Assembly: GCA_041662745.1 (NCBI GenBank)
Contig: JBAZRV010000004.1
Location: 1-32,000 of the forward strand
DNA from: Patescibacteria group bacterium
GTDB lineage: Bacteria > Patescibacteriota > Patescibacteriia > 2-01-FULL-39-33
Direction: 5' to 3'
Length of the DNA: 32,000 nt
The position numbers were made by a program, and so were the translations under genes. Within the stretch, counting starts at the first letter, position 1; every line of letters starts with the position of its first letter. The notes below the pieces were generated by a model that saw only the letters and a list, made by a program, of their open reading frames with translations, made no database searches and was not told the origin of the DNA. Positions 22,805 to 32,000 of the stretch are shown here, in pieces.

Positions 22805-25800
22805 TTAGTATCCGCAGTTGCCATAACGGTTGCAGAGACGAAAATTCAAGGACGGCGAAACATTCACCTGGGCCGCCTTATAAGGACGGGACGCATCTTC
22901 TTCGGTATTCAAGAAAGTCGGCGACTGGTCTTCTCCTCCCGCATACAGGGTCACATCGTACAAGCTCGCCTCAATCGGACTGCCGGCTTGCGCTGAATTG
23001 GTTACCACTCTTAAAACCACTCGATCGCCGATTCCCACTTTATCAGCCGGACCATCACAACTTTGATTCTGACAAACCTTAAAATAAACATCGCCGTCCG
23101 CGCCACAGGCATCCAAATAAGCCTTCCAATCGCTCGGATCAGCGCCAAATAATTGTTGCAACCAAGTCGGCTGTGTCTTATAAATATTCAACTTGATCGG
23201 ACTAACCACGGGAATTGACGCGGCATCAGCCGGTTTGACCGCTGATGTTGCCGGACAACTATTTGAACCGGAACCGTAAGAATCCTTAAAACACGGCACT
23301 AAGCGGAAAATGTCGCCGTAACGCAATTGCTTATCACTCTCGGCGTCATTAGGCGCATAAACCAAATCAAGAAAATACTCAATGCTACTGCTAACGGCAT
23401 AGCCGGCAAAAGTGCTGGCATCAGCATTAAAATTAAAATTGCCCTTGCTTTCGCCCCGCTCATCATTGTATTCCCCTTCTTCTCCGGTTCCGGGAGCTCC
23501 GCCGCAACCGCCACCCACCGTGTTTATCGCCATAAACGCCTTCCAGTCATAACTGTCATGGGCCAGCGTAATCAGACTGCCTTGGCCCAAAGGACAATCA
23601 ATATCATCATCCAATGACTTGGTTTCCGGACAAACGCCATCAGCGTAATCAATGGGAGCAACATCGGCCACGACATTGCCACAATCATCCGGACTGTAAT
23701 TATCAGTATTGGGATCAATGGCTTGTTCGCCGATATCGCAATAACCGTCGCCTATCTCTCGACAGCGGCGCCAACCGCCGGTATAAGTGGCGCAACATGT
23801 TTTCTGAGTGGAATCAGTGGGGTCAATATTAAGATTGACCTCGTTTTCCGGCAACCAATAACAAGTGGCCGAGCAACAGGGGTTGCCACTGGAGCATTGT
23901 TGGCCCAAAGCCGAGCTGTAACTGGCCGGTTTGCATTCGGCCAAAGCATCCTGCTGTTCCGCATCATAAGTATCCCGCCTTAAGACAATCAAATCCTTAA
24001 TCGTTATGGAATTAACCGAAGCCCAATTATCCCGTACCGTTAATTTAATCGGCACGTGGAAAGCAGCGGGATTGGAAGTTGATCTTACCGGTTCTTGGCA
24101 AGCGCCTTTGGTCAAGTCGTCATTGTATTCTTCAACTGTTTCCGTGGTGCCATCGCCCAAAGGCAAGATGCCGACTTTTGTCTCGCATTCCCGTAAATTC
24201 TTATTGGCTAAGCTGTCATAGTTATAAAAATGATACAGATTAAAAGCGTTAGAGGAAGTGGGGCGGCTAGCCAGAGACAAGCCGGCGTAAGATGATACGT
24301 TGCCATCGCCCCAATCAATATCATAAGAACGAATAGGCACCTGATCCGGATCAATCTTGGAATTAAAGCTTACTTTAACCGCGCCGATACTGTTAACAAT
24401 AGTGGGGTTGACCTGGGCTAAAGTGAATTCCGGCCTAACCAAGCAGAATGACAAATAAGTATTGGCGGGACGGGAGTTATTGGGACAATACAACGTCGGC
24501 AAACTCCAAACCGAGTTATTAGAGCTGATGGCGCCGGAAATATCAGTATAATGCCCTATCAAGGGATCGCTGGATTTATCCGCCTGCCATTGCCATAAAC
24601 TGTAAGAACGCCCGAATAATTGCAACAAGTCCGGCTTGCTGACGGAGAAATTGTCAACATAGTATAGGGAATTATCTGATTTCTGACCGGCGCGCGCTTG
24701 GTAGGGTGGCGCACTGCCGCCGGGGAATTCATAAAAAATCGGTTGATTACCGCCGGAGTCGGGACGAGTATCCCATTCATTGGGGTATTGGCCGTTTTCC
24801 GGCGCCACCGTAGAGCCGAAAGGTTTGTAATCGGTAGCGTAATTGTAGCCGACGGCCGCATAAATGCGGCGATAAATCAGCTTTTTATCCCTCAAAATGC
24901 CGATTGCTCCGAAATTCCTATCATTGACGCAAAAATATTTATAATTAATCCGACAATCATTTATGGCAATAGAGGGGGTATCTTTGGCAAAACTATGAAC
25001 TTGAAAATAATTATTATCCGCTGATTCTCCGATGGGACGAGAGTTATAAGCAATCTCGCAGTTCAGGGCATTAGCCTGATTAAGATAAGCGGTGCGTTGT
25101 CTTCCCTCCAAGGATATACCTTCAGCGCAATATAATTTGCGCGTCGGATCATCGGGATCGTTGACTCCCTGACCATTATCAATGCCAATAAAATTCTGGC
25201 ATAAATTCAAGGGATAAAAACCTAATAAAGCGCCATCAGCATCATAGAGGCGACGGCTTTCAGCCAAACAATAAGCGGAACTGTAGAAACAGCCATCAGA
25301 AAACAACTCGGCATTGCTTGGCGTAACAATGCCCACACCGGAAGGAATAGCATCTCCGGAAATTGAACTGTCTTTAACGCAATCTTTGCCCAAATAATCC
25401 AAATATTGCGAACCGGACGATAAACGACTGGCCCAAGCTTTGTTCTCATTGCCGGAATTAACCACTTGAACCAACTTGTAGCAATACTCCACCACCTGTT
25501 TGCCGGCAAAATTACCCACAACGGCTATACCGCCCATTTTATCGCCCATGCCGGCCGGCTTATTGAAATCCAAGAACTTGGCAAACCCCAGAACATCTCC
25601 GGTTACTGCGGGATTGGGGTCGGTCAGATCCTTGCCGAACTCCGAATCTTCATCAGTAATAATCCTTAAGCCGAAAGTGGAAATTCCCAAGTCTACACCG
25701 GCCGCCTGGATAAGCATGCCAGCCAAATTGCCCAAAACTCCTCCGGAAGTGTCAAACTTCTTAGCGGTATGCCAAGGCAGTTCAACATGCAAGACAATAT

Positions 25801-28800
25801 TAACCGGAACAAAACTCAATAGCTGTCCGTAACCGGCGACAGCCACCGCCCCCCAACCGCCCCAAGAATCTTCATCAGCCAAGTTAAGCGAATTGGGAGC
25901 AAAAACTATGTCCAGCAAATTGCCCAGACTGCCGAAAATAGAATTGAAAAATTGACTAATGCCTGACCAAGTATTGGTCCAGAAACTGGAAGTTTGTCCT
26001 TCACAATCTTCAGTTGAACCCCTGCAACCTCCATAAAGGTCATTCAAAGATTGATTTTGCTGAGAAATCGTTTGCGCCACTCCGACTGCTCCGGCTGAAG
26101 CGCCGCTGTCAACAAACACTTTGGCGCATTTATTGGTGCCGGGATTAGAGCAGTGGACTGAGTCTTCACAATTCGCGATACCGCCGGTACAAGAACACGG
26201 CTCAGCCGTTGTCTCGCAAAAATAAGTATAATCGCTGATCGGCTTGGCGTACTTTTCGGCTAAGTCTGCAGTAATACAATTATTATTGGAAGAGAAAGCT
26301 TCTGTGGAGTTAACGCAATTGGCAGTATTAACGACGCTCTGACAAGTGCTATTGGCATTGTCTTCCGGATTATCGCACGAGCAAGGCTTTAATCCTCCGC
26401 CAGATGAGTCATTAAGCGTGGCTAAAACGGAATATTCGCAAACCCTGCCACTGGGATTGCTTTGCACCCAGGATTGCACTTCCTCTTGAGCCGGAGTGGT
26501 CACGGAGCTTGTGTCCGAAACGGTAATTAACCCGTTGCCGGCCGGAACATAACAAATAGGCAAAGGAATGATGCCTAACGGTTTGGCGCAAACTAAATTC
26601 TTCCACATGCCGACTGACAGGGCTCCGCCAAACAGGGTGTGACTGGCCGTATCGCCGATAGCGATAAAAATGCCGTCAAATTGGAATTTATAAATAAACG
26701 GATAACGGAAGAGCGGCGACCAAGTCGGACTGATTCTAAACGAGGTAGCTTTGGTTTGTTTGGCATTAGTGTCAAATTTCAACGCCTCCATGCCGGAATC
26801 ATTCACGCCTTCGCCGAACAAGCCGAAATTACTCGTGTATTGCGACACGTCAAGAACCATAGTTCTCTTTTCCAAGCAATAATACAAAGGATAGCGCTCG
26901 CTGTAATAACCGGAAAAATCGCTTAAAGTCTCACCGCGAATGGAATCAACCGGCCACCATTGCAAACACTGCTGATTATTGGCCGGGTCCGGCGTCAAAC
27001 AATAGCCGTATTGGCCATAAAAATAATTATTACCGTCATTATACTTGCAAGCCGGAGCATTCAGGCTGGGATAAACGCGACAAGTGCGATCAACATAGCC
27101 ATTGGCGCTGGATTTAAGCAACGGCTTAAGATTGACGTTATCCCACAAGGTATAACCGCCGAGTTTGGAGTTATCTATGCCTTTGCTGCCGTCGGGATTC
27201 ATATTGAATAAGGCGAGTTGCACTCCGGAAACATTGTCTCCCGTACGGAAATGCACTATTACCTGCCTCCAGGGCAAGCCGGTAGGAATCTGCATTATCT
27301 CGCCTTTGACCCAGTCGCCTTCATAAACCCCGCCATCAACAATGGCTAAGCCGGGACGCGGCTGACTCTTGGAATTAAGAAAGCGCAAACGCAATTCCGC
27401 ATAAGGCAAGCGACCGCCGGAACCCGGACCTTGTAAATCCTTGGTATGAACCCAGGCGGACAAAAAATATTCCTGATTGGGCAGTATATCAACCGACTCG
27501 GAAATAACGCCCCAACCCGAATTAACTTTTAAATAACCTACGCCATCTTTGGCCTTGGCGCCGTCACGGCTGATATTGACATAGCTTGATTGCCAATTCC
27601 TGTAGACGATATCAGGATTGCCGCTGGCGCAATCAGAATTGCTGGCGCAATAATAAACGGCCAAACGCCAGCCCAACGGCTGAGTCGTAGCGCCGAAAGT
27701 CTCTTCAAAATTACCATTAACCACATTAGACGACTGGCCGACTTGCGTCATGGCATCAAAAGAATAATAGCCAACGCGTGAAAAACCGGATTTATTGGCA
27801 TCCAACGAGGGAGAATAGTCATCGTTGCTAACAGCATCATTAGTCAGATAATTATTGCAAATACCGTTATCGCCCAAAGAATTGCAAGCGCTGACCTCCA
27901 AGCAAGAATCCTGATCGCTGAAAAAATACGGAGCTAAAGTGGATGACTGCCCCTCTTCTTTCTTCTCAAAAGTAGAGCAAGTCAGCCAATTGGCGCAGGC
28001 GCGGTTGGGTTGCGATTTCAAAATAACATTAGCGTCTTTGGGTTTGCCTTCAGCGGTCGCGGCTGTCGGCGGAACCGAGCGGGATAAACCGTTAATGCCT
28101 TGCGGATAATTATTATCCCGAGTCAAACGGCTGGAAAAAGCCAACGAGGTGGTGGCGCTATTAATCAGATTGCTGTAATCAAGCTGACTGCGATCATTGA
28201 ATAAAACACAGCCTTTATGATAATCAACTTGACCGTTGCAATCGCCGCCGCTAACCTTGGAATTCAAAATATAAGAAACGCTGGCCAAGCCCACTTTATC
28301 CCTGACTAAATCTATCGGTGATCCGTCTTTGGTCTTGAAAGCCACGCGACAAGTCAATGATTTGGGGTTATCCACGGCTAAATAAAGATAATGGCCAAAA
28401 TTATCGGAGAGATTATTACTTACGTTTTGGACATCGCTGCAAATTATATCGCCGACTTGCAGATTGTCGGACAGGACATACAAAATATTTTTCTTAATAG
28501 ACACATCTGCGCAGACATCCTTGCCCTCACAGCGTTGCGGGATAAGATTGGACGCTAAATTTTCTAATGGATCAATATATTCGCTGCAACCGGATTGTTC
28601 GGCTGAACAGGACCCGACCCAGCCGCTGTAAGCCGGATCAGACGATTCTTGCAGAGTCACTGAGTTGATCGGGCCGAGCGGTTGCAATTTGTCCGTCGCC
28701 GCCTTATAGCTTAAGCCCAGCGTTTGCTGGTAAGTGGTAGGACAAGTCTCGGTGGTGCCGGATTTAACCCATTTATCCAAATTATTGGTATTATCAGCGG

Positions 28801-31800
28801 AAGTAAACTGGCAAACCTTGCCGTGCGGATCCTTGAAGTAAGCCAAGGTGTTATTCCCGACCCACTCTTCGCACCATAAATTTTCGGCTGAGCATAGATC
28901 AGTGGAATAACGATCCGGATCGTTTTTAATATAGATATCCCGATAACCGGTAATCTCATCCCATTTGTCTATCAAAGGCAAACCATAGCGAGTGCAACCC
29001 TTATCATTCTTGGCGCAGGCATATTTATCGTCATTGACCAAATAAACCAAGGTATCAGTTGCCACAAAAATATCATCATGATTAACGCTATTGGCGATAT
29101 TAAACGATTGCGCCTGAGGCGCGCTGGAATTAAAGGTATCAATCAAGGCCTCGCAACCGGCCGCTTCGGGGCGACACAAGGAAGCAAAGGATCTTAAGTA
29201 AGCTGTTTTATTCTTACGATCCGAGTAACCGGCGCAACCCAGCATTTCTCCGACGGAGCAACGTCCGGACTGGGTATCCTGGCAAACACCCTCAGCTTTG
29301 GCCTTGCTGCCGTCAGGATCATCCAATTTATTGTCGCAAGAAAGCGGAGTGAACCAAGAATTTTCTATGGCGTAAACTTGGTTAGTGATTTCCTTAAGAA
29401 TAACATTATCCAAATAAACGATCTGGCCGTTGGGCATGGAAAATTCCAAGTAATTGCCGTCGCCCGGTTCCCAGGTTACGAATAACGGCCCCAGTTCATA
29501 ACGCTTCCAGTCTGCCGTCAACTGCGTCCGCGGACTGATTAGATTTTCTCCGAATAAACGGCTGGCAGAAAAATAATTATTGCCGGCGGCGGCAGAGTTG
29601 TCATTCCAATTAACACCGCTCTTTTCGGCAAATCTGATATTGTCAAAATAATAAGAAGCATTGCCTTTAGCCCAGAATGACAGGGTATAGGCCTTGCCCT
29701 TGTTAATTGTTATCGGATAATGAATGGTGGAATTATCAACCTTATTAGATAAAGAATTACCGCCGGGGAAGGTTGACTCGGAAGAAATGAATAAGCCGTT
29801 TTTGCCGCCATTGGCATCCTCCCATAAATCCAAAGCGGTGCTGCTGGCGGTAAAATTAACCACGCTAATGGCATTTTTGACGTTATTACCCCGGTTGCCG
29901 GTGTAAGCGCGGCAGCCCTGAGCGGCGGCAGGACAAGTTTTTCCCTGTCCGGGGATAGCCATATAAATACATTCACTGCTATCATTCCACCAACCGCTAT
30001 GGCTTTCGCAATTGGCCTTGGCCTCGGTAAACGAGGTTTCGGTCATGGTGCGGCGATACGGGTGGCAATTATCGGAAACGGAAACAGTGCGGGATAATAA
30101 ACGATAATGAATATTGCCGTTTACATCATACAATTCGCGGCAATCCGGGTTGCTAACCATATCATCCTTGGTACAGACGCCAAAATCATAACGATCGCGA
30201 TCCGCACCGCGAGCGCTCGTTGGATCATTGCAAACGGCATTGCCCGAAGCGTTATAAGCCAAATTAACGCAAGGAGCGCTGCCATTGCCAACGCCGGCCG
30301 TTTCTGGGTCGCTGGCGATCTGTGATTTCTTTAAGCTGAACGCCACCAGCTGGTAACCGGTGATATCGGAACCCTCCCAAGTATAATAAGCGCCGTCATC
30401 AACCGATGGTTTCTGGCAGGCCTGGATTTGACTATAATATTCTTTCTGCTCCCCGCCCTGGCCGGCAACGTCAAGATTGGTGAATTCATCGCAACCGGCA
30501 TAACTGGCAGAACAAGTCTTGAGTTTGTTGTCGGCGATGAACTGCCTGAAAGCTTGATTGATAAAACTGGTCTCTTCTTGATTGTATAACTGATAGCCGG
30601 CGCATTCCTTAGGACAAGCATCAAAATCCTGCGCCACACCCGGTATTGACGGGTCACCATTAAGGGGGCGATATAATTCACAACCGACTTCTTGCGGCGT
30701 ACAAACACCGGAATACAGGGCGCAATTGGCATTCTTATTCTTTAAGACGCCAGTTAGCTCCTGTTGATTTTGGGGCCATTGCAAGCCGGCAAGATCCGGA
30801 TAAGCATCATAACAACTAAAGTAACTGGGGGCCTTCTTAAGGTAAGCCACTTGTTCAATCGGCCGGGTTGAAGGATTATAATCGCTATAATTACTGGGAT
30901 AAGTAGCATTAAAAGAAATCGCCTCAACCTTGGCATTATCAATAATCGCCTCCTGGCCGGCCGATCCGGTGGAGAACCACAATTCCAGTTTAGCGGCGTT
31001 ATCCGGCGCCTTAAATTTACAGAAAAACCGACTGGAAGTGGCAAAGGAAGTCGGAGTAAACTTCAAAGCCAATGTTTGCGGGACACTGCCATCCTTGTCT
31101 CTGGCCCAGTCGCAAGTCGCCGAAGAAGTGGCTACCTGCAAAACGGCTCCGGCCTTGGATTTGAATCTCAAAAAAGTCTCAATCGGAACTGCCTGGTCAA
31201 CGGAAGCTTGATAACCGTCAATAGCCAAAAAATAATATTGGCCGGGAGTAACTTGGATTGCCTTATTAACATTAGCGCTATCCAAACCACTTAAATAGCC
31301 GATCTTGGCTCTGGTGTTATCTGCCAAGGTCAGATTGCTCCAATCATATAAAGTGCCGTCAAAGCCGCCGTTAATGACAACATTACCGCCCAAATTTGAT
31401 TTAGTGCGGATGAATTGGCTGCAGCCGTCGCTTAAAGACGAGCAAGTCTGAGCATCACGATCAAAATACATTTCAGTTGCGCCCTCGCGCGAAGAAACAA
31501 GGACTGATACGGCGCCGACGCCGCAAGCAGTACTGATGGGATAAAATTCAAAATCATCAAGATATAAATCGGCGTAAACCCCGGCAGGATTGCGCGCCAC
31601 CAAAATCACCCGTTCATTGTCGCCGGAATTAAAATTCAAATTAGCTTCGCGCCAACCGGAGGAACCGCTGGTCAATTGCAAATTATTCAATAAGGAAGGC
31701 CATAATGAGCTGTCTTGATCAAAAGACGTAAAGTCTTTGCTATCGGCCCGCACTTCCACATTAACATTGCCGTTAATAGACCCTTTATAATAAAATCTAA

Positions 31801-32000
31801 CATTATAATTGGTGTTCTTCTCTACCGGTATAGCCGGCTCGTAACTGATCAGATCGGCCGGAGCATAAAGCGTCTTAATAAAAAGCGCGGCGGCGCCACT
31901 GTGTTTTTCGGTGGTAACGCGAAGATGGCGATTGTTGTTGTCAATAAACGCCAAAGTCCAAGAAGCGGCTTTCCAGCTTTCCTGGCTGTTAAGCAACGCT
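22805..32000 (-). CDS. giant Cys-rich multidomain surface/secreted-type protein, partial (more than 3063 aa; N-terminus beyond window)
   Basis: There is a single uninterrupted frame from the window edge to the stop at 22805. It contains several jelly-roll CBM-like modules (NGGFDG..., VVNGNFEE...LSAWVHTKD, TLSFWAKGN), a PKD-like segment (IDWGDG, ~24300), and 13 copies of a C-x(3-10)-C-x-x-[YFLW] motif. Confidence 0.85.
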   Translation of the reverse strand, partial: ALLNSQESWKAASWTLAFIDNNNRHLRVTTEKHSGAAALFIKTLYAPADLISYEPAIPVEKNTNYNVRFYYKGSINGNVNVEVRADSKDFTSFDQDSSLWPSLLNNLQLTSGSSGWREANLNFNSGDNERVILVARNPAGVYADLYLDDFEFYPISTACGVGAVSVLVSSREGATEMYFDRDAQTCSSLSDGCSQFIRTKSNLGGNVVINGGFDGTLYDWSNLTLADNTRAKIGYLSGLDSANVNKAIQVTPGQYYFLAIDGYQASVDQAVPIETFLRFKSKAGAVLQVATSSATCDWARDKDGSVPQTLALKFTPTSFATSSRFFCKFKAPDNAAKLELWFSTGSAGQEAIIDNAKVEAISFNATYPSNYSDYNPSTRPIEQVAYLKKAPSYFSCYDAYPDLAGLQWPQNQQELTGVLKNKNANCALYSGVCTPQEVGCELYRPLNGDPSIPGVAQDFDACPKECAGYQLYNQEETSFINQAFRQFIADNKLKTCSASYAGCDEFTNLDVAGQGGEQKEYYSQIQACQKPSVDDGAYYTWEGSDITGYQLVAFSLKKSQIASDPETAGVGNGSAPCVNLAYNASGNAVCNDPTSARGADRDRYDFGVCTKDDMVSNPDCRELYDVNGNIHYRLLSRTVSVSDNCHPYRRTMTETSFTEAKANCESHSGWWNDSSECIYMAIPGQGKTCPAAAQGCRAYTGNRGNNVKNAISVVNFTASSTALDLWEDANGGKNGLFISSESTFPGGNSLSNKVDNSTIHYPITINKGKAYTLSFWAKGNASYYFDNIRFAEKSGVNWNDNSAAAGNNYFSASRLFGENLISPRTQLTADWKRYELGPLFVTWEPGDGNYLEFSMPNGQIVYLDNVILKEITNQVYAIENSWFTPLSCDNKLDDPDGSKAKAEGVCQDTQSGRCSVGEMLGCAGYSDRKNKTAYLRSFASLCRPEAAGCEALIDTFNSSAPQAQSFNIANSVNHDDIFVATDTLVYLVNDDKYACAKNDKGCTRYGLPLIDKWDEITGYRDIYIKNDPDRYSTDLCSAENLWCEEWVGNNTLAYFKDPHGKVCQFTSADNTNNLDKWVKSGTTETCPTTYQQTLGLSYKAATDKLQPLGPINSVTLQESSDPAYSGWVGSCSAEQSGCSEYIDPLENLASNLIPQRCEGKDVCADVSIKKNILYVLSDNLQVGDIICSDVQNVSNNLSDNFGHYLYLAVDNPKSLTCRVAFKTKDGSPIDLVRDKVGLASVSYILNSKVSGGDCNGQVDYHKGCVLFNDRSQLDYSNLINSATTSLAFSSRLTRDNNYPQGINGLSRSVPPTAATAEGKPKDANVILKSQPNRACANWLTCSTFEKKEEGQSSTLAPYFFSDQDSCLEVSACNSLGDNGICNNYLTNDAVSNDDYSPSLDANKSGFSRVGYYSFDAMTQVGQSSNVVNGNFEETFGATTQPLGWRLAVYYCASNSDCASGNPDIVYRNWQSSYVNISRDGAKAKDGVGYLKVNSGWGVISESVDILPNQEYFLSAWVHTKDLQGPGSGGRLPYAELRLRFLNSKSQPRPGLAIVDGGVYEGDWVKGEIMQIPTGLPWRQVIVHFRTGDNVSGVQLALFNMNPDGSKGIDNSKLGGYTLWDNVNLKPLLKSSANGYVDRTCRVYPSLNAPACKYNDGNNYFYGQYGYCLTPDPANNQQCLQWWPVDSIRGETLSDFSGYYSERYPLYYCLEKRTMVLDVSQYTSNFGLFGEGVNDSGMEALKFDTNAKQTKATSFRISPTWSPLFRYPFIYKFQFDGIFIAIGDTASHTLFGGALSVGMWKNLVCAKPLGIIPLPICYVPAGNGLITVSDTSSVTTPAQEEVQSWVQSNPSGRVCEYSVLATLNDSSGGGLKPCSCDNPEDNANSTCQSVVNTANCVNSTEAFSSNNNCITADLAEKYAKPISDYTYFCETTAEPCSCTGGIANCEDSVHCSNPGTNKCAKVFVDSGASAGAVGVAQTISQQNQSLNDLYGGCRGSTEDCEGQTSSFWTNTWSGISQFFNSIFGSLGNLLDIVFAPNSLNLADEDSWGGWGAVAVAGYGQLLSFVPVNIVLHVELPWHTAKKFDTSGGVLGNLAGMLIQAAGVDLGISTFGLRIITDEDSEFGKDLTDPNPAVTGDVLGFAKFLDFNKPAGMGDKMGGIAVVGNFAGKQVVEYCYKLVQVVNSGNENKAWASRLSSGSQYLDYLGKDCVKDSSISGDAIPSGVGIVTPSNAELFSDGCFYSSAYCLAESRRLYDADGALLGFYPLNLCQNFIGIDNGQGVNDPDDPTRKLYCAEGISLEGRQRTAYLNQANALNCEIAYNSRPIGESADNNYFQVHSFAKDTPSIAINDCRINYKYFCVNDRNFGAIGILRDKKLIYRRIYAAVGYNYATDYKPFGSTVAPENGQYPNEWDTRPDSGGNQPIFYEFPGGSAPPYQARAGQKSDNSLYYVDNFSVSKPDLLQLFGRSYSLWQWQADKSSDPLIGHYTDISGAISSNNSVWSLPTLYCPNNSRPANTYLSFCLVRPEFTLAQVNPTIVNSIGAVKVSFNSKIDPDQVPIRSYDIDWGDGNVSSYAGLSLASRPTSSNAFNLYHFYNYDSLANKNLRECETKVGILPLGDGTTETVEEYNDDLTKGACQEPVRSTSNPAAFHVPIKLTVRDNWASVNSITIKDLIVLRRDTYDAEQQDALAECKPASYSSALGQQCSSGNPCCSATCYWLPENEVNLNIDPTDSTQKTCCATYTGGWRRCREIGDGYCDIGEQAIDPNTDNYSPDDCGNVVADVAPIDYADGVCPETKSLDDDIDCPLGQGSLITLAHDSYDWKAFMAINTVGGGCGGAPGTGEEGEYNDERGESKGNFNFNADASTFAGYAVSSSIEYFLDLVYAPNDAESDKQLRYGDIFRLVPCFKDSYGSGSNSCPATSAVKPADAASIPVVSPIKLNIYKTQPTWLQQLFGADPSDWKAYLDACGADGDVYFKVCQNQSCDGPADKVGIGDRVVLRVVTNSAQAGSPIEASLYDVTLYAGGEDQSPTFLNTEEDASRPYKAAQVNVSPSLNFRLCNRYGNCGY

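Noticed and set aside
22996-31294. Dozens of 60-133-aa ORFs inside or antisense to the giant gene
   Set aside because: All are nested within one continuous 9.2-kb reading frame that has coherent domain-like sequence. Their products are low-complexity and lack starts with an RBS.
1-32000. CRISPR array, rRNA, IS transposase, alternative genetic code
   Set aside because: No regularly spaced direct repeats were found, no rRNA-like conserved blocks, and no DDE or IS-type transposase ORF. Long ORFs are intact under the standard code, so no recoding needs to be invoked.

Overview
This window looks like an uncultivated, reduced-genome bacterium, possibly CPR/Patescibacteria-like (inference from gene content only). 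It splits into two parts.

(1) Positions ~190-13170 form an accessory island bracketed by two minus-strand tRNA-Ser genes. It carries a ParB-nuclease/DNA-methyltransferase fusion, a second methyltransferase, small and large terminase subunits, and a diversity-generating retroelement (DGR). The DGR has two tandem paralogous target genes with C-terminal variable regions, a template repeat, an Avd-like four-helix-bundle gene, and only a ~16-codon remnant of the reverse transcriptase. The island also holds an XRE regulator plus an unknown 378-aa gene bounded by perfect 101-bp inverted repeats. A large serine recombinase follows, whose own 3' end is duplicated upstream in inverted, permuted form and whose ORF runs into tRNA-Ser(GCT). 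No capsid, portal or tail genes are visible.

(2) Positions 13232-32000 are one long minus-strand operon. It begins with a giant Cys-rich secreted-type protein (more than 3063 aa, N-terminus off-window). Next come a VirB6/TrbL-like polytopic protein with a long charged tail, two unknown proteins, a PrgI/VirB3-like protein, a VirB4-N-domain-like protein, a VirB4-type ATPase, and a bitopic membrane protein. It ends with ComF, whose start overlaps the preceding gene.

All functional calls rest on motifs I recognise by eye and on hand alignments. No database search was possible.
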